DNA of 9,612 nucleotides from Geosiphon pyriformis uo1 (taxonomy: Eukaryota > Fungi > Glomeromycota): the NCBI GenBank assembly GCA_016748015.1, contig JAAOMT010000445.1, positions 552,763 through 562,374 of the forward strand, given 5' to 3'. The position numbers and the translations under genes are program-made. This document shows positions 1 to 8,419 of the stretch, piece after piece. How positions within the stretch are numbered: position 1 is the first letter of the stretch; each line of letters opens with the position of its first letter. Under the pieces are notes generated by a model. That model was given only the letters and a program-made list of their open reading frames with translations, ran no database searches and was not told the origin of the DNA.

Positions 1-2
1 AA

Positions 3-940
3 GACATATTTTTAATGGCCCAGCTGAAAGCAATGAATGGTGGAGAAATAACTGCCAGCCGACGTCTTAAAAAGAAAATGCGTACTAATAAAAGAACTTT
101 TTACTACTGAGATCGCAATACGCCTCTGTCAGAAAACGTATCTCAACATGTTAGGAATTGGTCGCACTCACCTCGAAAACATTAGAAATCACTTAGCGAC
201 ATACGGTATAATACCACGCGTTCATGGTAACATAAAACGAATACCGCGATGAAAAACCAAAATAACAATTGATATAACCGTTGCTACCGCTGTGAAAAAT
301 TTTCTCGAGAATTACGCTGAAATACACGGATTACCAAGTCCTGGTAGAAATGTTAACCGAATTACTCAATAGCTTACACTTTTGCGTTTCGCAAGTTATG
401 GCATCAATTAACGCCTTATATTCAAATCATGAGTCCGCGAACGGATTTATGTGACACGTGTCAACATTTTCGGAATGGCTTACAGTATAATGCTCGTAAG
501 GAAGAAGAAGCGAAAGATTTACTTAGTTAAGGCTAAATTAGAGAGAAACTATTACAACAAAAATACGAAATTAGCAGAACAACAGAGAAAATTAGTAGAC
601 GAGAATTATCTTGTGACAGGAGTTAAAGCTGATTATTGTAACGTTGACGCTACTGCTCATTACAGTTATGATTGAGCACAAAATGTTCACGTTCCACATT
701 CTGATCAACAGGTAAGATTTATTATCTCAGTCCGCGTAAAGTGCATTTATTTGGTATACAAAATGAAGCAGTACGCGAACAAATTAATTACGTTCTCGAT
801 GAAGGCAAAATAATAGGCAAAGGTCCTAATGGTACACTGAGCCTGGTTTTCGATGGAATAAAGAAATTGAATAAAGGTGAAAAACATTTGAAGATTACTT
901 GTGACAATGCGGGTGGTCAAAATAAAAATAATGCTATGGT
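3..940 (+). pseudogene. Disrupted RNase H-fold transposase-like gene (DNxxGQNKN family; tentatively Sola-type/DUF7869-like), truncated at both ends
   Basis: Manual translation across frames gives LCQKTYLNMLGIG...PRVHGN...NFLENYAEIHGLPSPGR, then FRKLW...SPRTDLCDTC, then AHYSYD*AQNVHVPHSDQQ/GKIYYLSPRKVHLFGI, then ITCDNAGGQNKNN. The SYD (670-672) and CDN (~903) aspartates match the first two catalytic positions as I recall them for this family. In-frame stops at 108-110, 250-252, 370-372 and 673-675, frameshifts near 125, 385, 525 and 712. The family name is from memory. Confidence 0.75.
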
Positions 941-1067
941 GCAAACCATTTATAATCATCAAAAATGTAGATCAGTCCGAAATTTTAAATGATGATCTTC
1001 ACGTGTTTTTATTTATATAATTAAATTTTATTGGTTAATATACATGTGTTTTTAATATATTATTTAT

Positions 1068-1080
1068 AAAAAAAAAAAAA
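1068..1080 (+). repeat. Poly(A) run (13 nt) near the junction between the transposase relic and the retroelement-derived DNA
   Basis: Directly visible. Confidence 0.8.
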
Positions 1081-1094
1081 TTTTATTAAATTTT

Positions 1095-1716
1095 ATATAA
1101 TATTAAACCAAATACAGTATTACAAAGTTTAAATATTATCTGGAATTTTTTTATAAGATTTCTAATTTTTTATAGCATATTTTACTAATTTTTTACCAAA
1201 ATCTTTTTTATAAAAATTCATATAACATCAATATTTTCTTGAAAATTGTCTAATAATTATTAAAGATACTGATTTAAGATTTTTAAGCACTGTTCTTTGT
1301 AATCTTTTCCATAAATAATTGTATTTGTTACATCTATATTTTTTAATAGTTTTTTAATATCTTTTAATAAAATTTAATTTACTATAAAATTTTTAAAAAA
1401 AATACACTATTACTAAAGATTTTTGGTCTTTTTTCTTAAATGTTGTTAATGCTTAATTGCTGTGAATTTACATTTTTTGAAAGTAGTTGAATCTTCAATA
1501 ACTGAATTTATTCTTTAAATTATCTTCTATAATTTGAACTGCTGGACTTATAAGTAAAATGACCAATTCTGTACTAATTACTTTATGCAGTTATATTGTA
1601 ATAAATAGCAATTTTTTCTCAAGAATTGCTTATCTAAAAGCTCACTAAAATTGTGTAGTTATTTTGTAGTAAAAGTTAACTTTTCTATAAAAATCTTGTC
1701 TATAAACTACCTTAAT
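1095..1716 (-). pseudogene. Decayed ORF of unknown identity, possibly the N-terminal gag extension of a second element copy
   Basis: Protein-like segments joined across single-base frameshifts: VVYRQDFYR / IAIYYNITA*SN*YRIGHF / FSY*RFNYFQ / IKNIDVTNTIIYGKDYKEQC / SVSLIIIRQFSRKY / RNLIKKIPDNI*TL*YCIWFNI. Same strand and same CpG-depleted character as the Gypsy element. Confidence 0.45.
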
Positions 1717-1730
1717 AATTATAATAAGAA

Positions 1731-1771
1731 AAATAAAAGAAAATAAAAGAAAATAAAAGAAATATAAAAGA
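1731..1771. repeat. 10-bp tandem repeat (AAATAAAAGA)x3 plus a degenerate fourth copy
   Basis: Directly visible. It forms a pyrimidine tract on the minus strand just upstream of the decayed ORF at ~1716. Confidence 0.9.
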
Positions 1772-2067
1772 ATTAAAATTTTGTAAAGGGAATTATTTTC
1801 TGGTTCAGGCCTAAAATTACTAACAATTTACTAAAATTGATGACTAATCAATTTCAAAACATTAGTAGGATTTTTAGAGAATTTTAAGTGCAATTTTTAA
1901 TTAAGAAATTTGGTTTTTAAGTATTTAATTTTTTTTAAAGAAGTAAGAAGAATATCTATAATAAAATAATTTTAATAGAAGATATATTTTTTTGAAGAAA
2001 AAAGCTCTTTTTTTATACAACTTGTTGTAATACTAGTCTATAAACTTGAACTTTTTTTTTGCTATGA

Positions 2068-2186
2068 TTTTAATGAACTAAAGATACATTTTGGCAAACT
2101 ACAAGTTATTTTAGTGAACTATTTGTAATTTTAGTAAACTATTTATAATTTTGATAAATTTCTACAAATTTTAGTGAATTTTTGAA
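2068..2186. repeat. Six-unit ~20-bp degenerate tandem array abutting the LTR end
   Basis: Units start at 2068, 2089, 2109, 2129, 2149 and 2169: ttttaatgaact-aaagataca, ttttggcaaact-acaagtta, ttttagtgaact-atttgtaa, ttttagtaaact-atttataa, ttttgataaatt-tctacaaa, ttttagtgaatt-tttgaa. Confidence 0.85.
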
Positions 2187-2386
2187 TGTTATATAGTATA
2201 GAGTATTGTATAATTTGATCATCTTAATTTTTATTATACAAATTAAGTTATTAATTAAATAGTGATATTTAATAATTTGATTAAATAATAAGTTATAATT
2301 TGAAATAATATTAATATATACTAATTAATGATACAAATTATAAGGATAATTTCATGCTAATTAATGATTAAATTCTACTGGTAACA
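2187..2386 (-). repeat. Putative 3' LTR (~200 bp)
   Basis: Begins TGTTAC (2386) just after the PPT and ends ...TATATAACA (2187), giving TGTTA...TAACA terminal inverted ends. The partner LTR is outside the window, so the distal boundary is inferred. Confidence 0.6.
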
Positions 2387-3073
2387 TAATCTTCTCCTCA
2401 AGACTGAGTTCTATTGAAGTCCAAGCACTATTTGTAATTTCGAAATAGTAATCCAAAATTATTGAAGTAATTTGGTTTGAAAATTGTTGAAATTTCAGTT
2501 TTGTAAATTTGCCAATGTATTAAATCTTCATTGGTTGAAGTATTGGATTTGTAAGACATTTTTACAAATATTAAATAGGTTATAGAGTCTATAAACTGCT
2601 CTAAGTTTGTAATAAGTATTTATTAGTCTAGCTGCTGTCTTAAATTCATTGTAAATTTGTTTTTGTATAGCTTTTAAAGTAAGATTTGTTGTTGTAAGTT
2701 CCAGTTTTTGTTCATAAAGTGTTCTTCTAATATGAAAATATCTAAATATGAAGGTATATTTATAACTTTGTTCATTAAGAAACAGTTGAAACTTTTGTTA
2801 GATTGTTGCATTTGGTGCAATATCAATAGGAACAAATAAAAAATTTTCTTTTAAGACTTGTTTCAAGAGTTTTAACATTTAAATTCCAGAATAACTTCTT
2901 GTATTTCTTCTATAAAGGTAATAATTTTGCAAATTATTTACTACTAAAGCTGTAATTTCTTTCTGAATATAATTAATTTGATTTCTATTGATTGTTATAG
3001 ATAAGTCAAAAAGTGTTTTTAAAGCTAATATTAATTTGTGAAATATTTGTTGAATGTTTTGGAGAATAAGCAT
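2361..3073 (-). pseudogene. Extra sense-strand ORF3 (~235 codons) downstream of pol, function unknown
   Basis: ATG at 3073. One frame runs ~170 codons with only 2 stops (MLILQNIQQIF...RAVYRLYNLFNIC). After one frameshift near 2555 it continues to ...ELSLEEKIMLPVEFNH* with 1 more stop, crossing the PPT into the LTR. Confidence 0.7.
2390..2399 (-). promoter_or_regulatory. Polypurine tract (plus-strand primer site)
   Basis: Minus strand reads GAGGAGAAGA-TTA-TGTTAC, a purine run 3 nt before a TG LTR start and downstream of pol/ORF3. Confidence 0.7.
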
Positions 3074-3213
3074 TATAATAAAAATAAATTTTTGGAAATA
3101 AAAAAAATAAAAAAAAATAATTTTTGGTATATAGATTTTATATATTTTTGGGTTTGGTTATTTTACTATTTTTGATTAATGTTTTTGTATTTTTAGAGAG
3201 ATTATTAATAAAA

Positions 3214-4400
3214 TTAAATGTTTGGTTTTTGTTCTATTATAACTATTGGTTCTAAATTTTGAGGAATATCTTTAGGATTAATTAAAAAAAAATATGTACC
3301 AATTTGTGGAATTGACAATTCAGAATTATTTCTGGAATGATAATGCTTTAATTAATTTTTATGTGCAACTTTAGCTAAGATTTTATTATCAAGTCTTAAT
3401 TTGTATAATTTATTGCCTAAGATTTTATGAATTTAAAATAATCTATTCTATTTATGTTCAAATTTTTTACTCTATTGTTTTTTAGTCTTAGTTTTGTATA
3501 AAAAAACTTTGTTTCTAACTTTAAATTCGTTGGTAACTGATGGCAATTTGTTGTTATGTCATTCTTTCTGTTGAGCTTAAAAGTATTCAATATAAGTTGC
3601 TGCAATTCATTATTTTTCTTTTAATGTACTGAGAAGAGTATAAGCTTTTTTTTAAAGAGTTTCTTAAAAGTTTTCTTCTGTAATGGGTTGTACTGGATAT
3701 GTTTTTACTGTGAAATTAATTGGTAATTTTGCTGTCTTCTTATAAGTAAGATCAAATAATATGTGTTTTGTGATATTTTGTTTTAGTGTTCTATAAGCTA
3801 GTAATACTGATAGAATAAAAATATCTCATTTATGCTCAAAATTGGTTGAGACTTTGGCTAGTGATTTACATAATATCTAGTTGAAACATTTCACAAGTCC
3901 ATTTGTTTGGGAATAATAAAGTGATAATAAGAGTCTTTTGATGTTAAATCATTCACAAATTTTTTGTATCAAGTTGTTTACAAAGTGTGTTTTTTGATCA
4001 GATAAGAGTTTAATTGGGCATTTATGTCTACAAATTATGTCTTCATAGATAAAATTTGCTACTAATTTTGCATCTGCTCTTTGGATAGCTCTGGTTTCAG
4101 GCCATTTGGTAAGATAGTTTACAGCATCTACAATATAACAGTTTTCTTGATTTGTGATAGATAGTAGTCTAACTAAATCAATACCAATTCTGTCAAAAGA
4201 TTGTTCAACTTTGATTAGATTTAAAAATTTAATAAGTTGAATTTTTTCTCTTTTTTAACAAATATTACATAATTCTATATACTATTAAATGTTTTTTTAC
4301 ATCTGAGACCAAAAATAATATTCAAGTATTCTTTGAATTGTTCTATTTTTTTTCAAGTATGCTGAAGAAAAATCTGTATACATGTTGTATAGAATTGTTT
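3214..4400 (-). pseudogene. Integrase relic (HHCC, rve D,D35E core, GPY/F, C-terminal SH3-like; no chromodomain seen)
   Basis: Both His are now Tyr (4380-4378, 4359-4357), followed by CNIC (4269-4258). FDRIGIDLV has D at 4179-4177 and LLSDQ has D at 3999-3997. QTNGLVKCFN has E>K at 3891-3889, 36 codons after the second D. *NRLF at 3450-3436 derives from WDGPF. Ends EPIVIIEQKPNI* at 3214. Confidence 0.95.
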
Positions 4401-4667
4401 TTTTTTTGTTTTTTTGTATTAATCTAAGTAGTTTGTTTGAATTTTTGCGATTTTTATAATAGATTTTGTTGTGATAAATAAAGTATTGTTTTGTTTGGTG
4501 TTGTAATTAGTGTTTTTTACTTAAAGATCAATTTTCTAATATGGTAAAAGTTTTTAAATAGTTTTTGATGTTGTTGTAATTTTTGGGATCTATTGTTGTT
4601 TGATTATTATTTGTTGATAGATTGATAAGTTGTAGTAAGATTGCTGTTGGTGTTAATCTTGTTTTAT

Positions 4668-5077
4668 TCTTGAAAGATTATCAATATTAGTGTGTAGTTT
4701 TTTTGGTTTGTAATATACAATATATTTGTAGTTTATTAAAAAATTATTCCATCAAAATTATTTGGCATTTTGTTCAAATTTCTTTTTATTAAGCTATTTA
4801 AGACCAATATTGTTAATTATAATGTCAAATTTTTTTCTATTCTTTAGATATTGTTAAAAATGTTTAAGAGTCTAAATAACTATAGCAGTTTTTAATTCTG
4901 TTAAGCTATATTTGAGTCTGTTGATTTGAGTGTTTTACTGGCATAAATAATTACTTACTCATTGTCATTATCATTTAATTGTGATAAAATGACACCAAAA
5001 GCTATATGTAAAGCATCAATGGCTAATTGAAATTGTTTATTAAAGTTTGAATAGACGAGAATTGGAGCTGTTGTAAG
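4668..5077 (-). pseudogene. RNase H relic
   Basis: LTTAPILVYSNF...FQLAIDALHIAFGVILSQ...VIIYASKTL...ELKTA...LKHF*QYL...YKPKKLHTNIDNLSR, the typical Ty3 RNase H motif series. Confidence 0.93.
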
Positions 5078-5299
5078 TTTTTTTTTGAAAATGTTAAATG
5101 CAATTTGTTGTGTTGAAGTTTATTGGTATTTAATATTTTTGTTAATAAAATAATTAAGAGGTTTGGTAATTTCCAAAAATTTTTGATTAATTTTCAGTAA
5201 TAAAAAGCTAAATCAACAAATCTTCTTAATTCTGTGATACTTTGGGAAATCTTAAAGTTTTTTACAGTACTGATTATTTTTGAGTTAGGTAATACTTTA

Positions 5300-5900
5300 T
5301 TTTTATTAACAATATAACCCAAAAAAATCAAACTTGTTTTTCCAAAGTAATATTTTTCAATATTTAATTTCATTTCTGCTTTTTGTAATCATTAAAAAAC
5401 TTTTCACAAATAAATCAAATAAGTTTCAAAGCTTAGAAAGTATATATTAGTATTATCAAAATAAACAATTATTAATTGCCATAAGAGTTTTTTATAAACA
5501 ATATTCATAAGTTATTATAATGTTGCTGGTGTATTATAAAGTCCGAATTATATAATATTAAATTTATAATTTCCTTCTTGAGTTGTAAATGTTGTTTTGA
5601 AGTAGTCTTTAAGGTTTATTTTGATTTGTTAATATTCACTTTTCAAGTTTAATGTTGAGAAGAACTTGGTTTTTCCCAAAGCATCTAACATATTGTTAAT
5701 TCTTGGAAATAAGTATGCATCTCTAATTGTAACATTATTCAGTTGATAATAGTCAACACAAAATCTGATTTTCCCATTTTTTTTTAAATAGAACTACTGG
5801 TAAGACCAAAAAACTTTTTGATAATTGAATCAATCTATTATTGAGCATTTTTTAGACTTTTTTTCTAATAAATTAGTAACTAAAAGGTGGTACTTAATAA
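5300..5900 (-). pseudogene. pol: Reverse transcriptase relic (Ty3/Gypsy type)
   Basis: GKIRFCVDYYQLNNVTIRDAYLFPRI (RFCVDY 5766-5749), FSTLNLKSEY*QI, KTTFTT, FGLYNTPAT, VYFDN (5463-5452, from YLDD), KLNIEKYYF and FLGYIV. Confidence 0.97.
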
Positions 5901-6494
5901 GCTTGTTGATGTTTTGGTATAGCATCTCTTGTGTAGATCTTATGTTAAATCATATTAGTTTTTTTAAGATCATTATTATTTTTGACAAATATATTAGTAT
6001 ATTCAATAATTAACTGTTTTAATTGTCTTTGTTGTTGAAATTCTAGCAAATTCATGTTAATTTAAGTTAATTTTTTTTGATAAGATAATAGTTTTCAATA
6101 GTAGTAGTGATATTTAGATTTAGAAATAGGATATGTTTCACAATTTTAATAAAATTAGAAACAATTTGAGAGATTTTATCTTGGAAGATGTTGCTATATA
6201 TGATTTTAATTTCTAATTTATTTAATAAAATAATAAAGTAATTATTAGGGTTGTAAAATGTAACTCGAAATTTTTTATTCTTTGTAAAATATAAACATTT
6301 AAAATTAAAATTTCATTCTTTAAACAGATTTGTTTATTTGACTTAAAAATTTATTGAGTGATAGTAGGTTTTAAGCAAATATAGATTTCATAATGTTTTT
6401 CAAAGAATAATATAATAATTGGTTAGAGAAGTTGAAAAATCTGGTAAAATTTATTCTGTATATTAAAAGCTATATTTATTAAAACTATAAAACA

Positions 6495-6915
6495 TTCAGT
6501 TGAACTAAAATTCTGAGTTTTTTTTTTACTTTTTCTTAATTGTTCTTTATTGTTAACTGATTGCAGACCTAAAATGTTAATTATGGATAGATAAATAGTT
6601 TGTGCAATTTTTTCAGCATGCTTTATTCTGAATAGTTTTTTAGTTTTATTTTATAATATAATAGTAATATCTCTAGTTTATTTTGTATTTATAACTCTTT
6701 TTCTGATATTAATTTCTTTGTTTGCCAATAATAATTGGAAAGCAATTTAAACTATTACTCTTGATAGTATTTTGAAAGCAATTCTGAAATTGATTTTTAT
6801 TAATGATTTTGATTAGAAGACCAAAATATTTTTGTCAAGATATTATAAATTATATTCAGTATCTATTTTATGGGCTTTTTTTGATTTAATTCTTTGGCCA
6901 TTGTTATTAAAATAT
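6495..6915 (-). pseudogene. dut: Trimeric-family dUTPase relic inside pol
   Basis: All five motifs appear in order with plausible spacing. I: DTEYNL (6863-6846, from DAGYDL). II: IAFQLLLA (from IASRSSLA). III: KRVINTK*TRDI (6701-6666, from GGVIDAGYTGDI). IV: EKIAQ (6614-6600). V: TQNFSSTE (6518-6495, from TQGFGSTG). Nearly all differences from consensus are G>A/C>T transitions. Confidence 0.88.
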
Positions 6916-7029
6916 TTGAGTTGTATAGTTGGTTGATTTTTAGTAAAATAGATTGGAGTTGTTGCAATTTTTTTTTCTGGCTTAGGTTCTTTAAATTTAA
7001 TTTCCTTCTGGTCATTTTCACTGGGCAAA

Positions 7030-7700
7030 AAAATACTAAAAGCATAGCATTCTGAACACTATTTGTTATTACAAAACATAATGCATTTTTTACATAATTG
7101 AATGTTTATTTGCTTTAATCATTGAATTTGAGCTTATTGAATTGGATAAGTGTGACTTGTGATTTTATAATATGTTTCTATTTTATCTTTGTAGTAAAAT
7201 CCATTTAATTTTATAATGTATTTAATATATTTAGCTTTTTTATTTGGTGAACATCTTGCTGGATTTTTTTATTAATTAAAACCATAACCAGTTTATAAAT
7301 TATCTCAGTATTATGTGGATAATAGTAAAGTTTATTAAGAATACTATTGTAGACAGCATTGAATAGAGTTTTTCTTTTTACTTTTTTTGCAATGAATAGA
7401 ATGTATTAACAAGTTTGGTCATATACTCTTTCTTTCATTGCAATATTAATCCAGTTGTATTTTTCTGGTAGTATTTTTTTACATGTAAAACAAAGAGTGT
7501 TATTCCATTTTCTATTTTATTTGGGATATCCAAATCATTTTTTATGACAAATTTTGCAAAAGTAGCAGATGCAGATTTTATATTCTTTTTTTGGGAATAT
7601 ATATGCTTCTATTGATGAAAGTTTTTTGTTGTAATCTTTGTATTTGAGTAGTATATAAGATAATTGTTTTCATAGTTTTGGTATAAAGTAATGAACAATG
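7030..7700 (-). other. Cys-rich putative Zn-binding module between protease and dUTPase (relic)
   Basis: YKDY (7642-7631, likely ex-CKDC), CYFCKICH (7567-7544), CFTC (7492-7481) and CKKCIMFCNNK*CSEC (7094-7047), all within the pol reading path. Confidence 0.6.
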
Positions 7701-7934
7701 TTTCAACTTCTGGTTTCTTCAAAGATTTTTTGTTCTGTTTCTTTAGTCCAATTAAATGATAATTCAAAAACCATAAAGGTTTTAATGATTGGCATTTTTT
7801 TCTTCTCTTCAAATTCGGATACTGGAGCCTTTTCTGCTTGTTTATTGAAAGTACCATAAGTAATAGATACTTGGGTGTATTGTCCTTGGTAAAAATTTTC
7901 AATTTCTAAATTTCTCAATCTAAATTTACATTGG

Positions 7935-8229
7935 CCTTAAAAAGCCAATAGTTTCTGACAAAAGCTTAATATTGGGGTGCATCTATAATAAAGATTTTAA
8001 TTGGAATAGTAATTCTGTTAATAGTAAAGAAAAAGTTGTCAATTTTTTTTACTTGTGTCTTTTTCATATTATCAGCTATAACAATAACTTTTTAGCCTGG
8101 TCAGTTAACAGTTCATTAAAATTGTTATATTAATTAATATATAATAATACTTCTAGTAGATCCACTATTTAAGATTAGCCAAATTGGTTTTTATTCAACT
8201 TTTACTCCTGTGTACATAGTAGTGATTGC
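7935..8229 (-). pseudogene. Retropepsin-type aspartic protease relic
   Basis: Reads KPIWLILNSGSTRSII, where catalytic DSG is now NSG at 8169-8161. Also VIVIADNMKK (flap region) and AFVRNYWL (the LxGxDW equivalent). Confidence 0.9.
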
Positions 8230-8419
8230 TTTTTGTTTAGTAATGGCTACATTGTTAAGCAATAATAATAATTTATTGGCTTCAAATTTGAATAGAAATA
8301 TGTCTAAAAAATTGATATTTTGGACAATTCTGGCTGGTAAAATTGTATTATTAAAAGAGTTTTGTTTTGGTACTGTAATTTCACCTTCAAAAAATGTAGT
8401 TTGTTAAAAATTCTGTTTT

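Noticed and set aside
747-962. Minus-strand 71-aa ORF
   Set aside because: It lies antisense to the conserved transposase-like frame and shows no motif.
955-1000. Hairpin or TIR marking the transposon end (ATCATC...GATGAT)
   Set aside because: It is too short and imperfect for AT-rich DNA, and no partner end is available in the window.
2068-2186. CRISPR-like repeat/spacer array
   Set aside because: The core is only 12 nt and degenerate, the variable parts are 6-9 nt, there are no cas genes, and the context is a eukaryotic retroelement.
1326-2386. Longer ~1.06-kb LTR ending at the exact TGTTAC at 1326-1331
   Set aside because: The decayed ORF reads straight through that site (IDVTNTIIYG), and the boundary at 2187 coincides with a clear change in sequence type. 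Not fully excluded without the partner LTR.
3214-3420. Chromodomain at the integrase C-terminus
   Set aside because: Only a short tail follows the GPF/SH3-like region, with no Y-x-V-K-W-x-G-type motif.
3417-7918. Minus-strand ORF-track entries (3417-3605, 6843-7028, 6863-7045, 7609-7902, 7703-7918) as independent genes
   Set aside because: They are stop-bounded fragments or off-frame readings of the pol relic.
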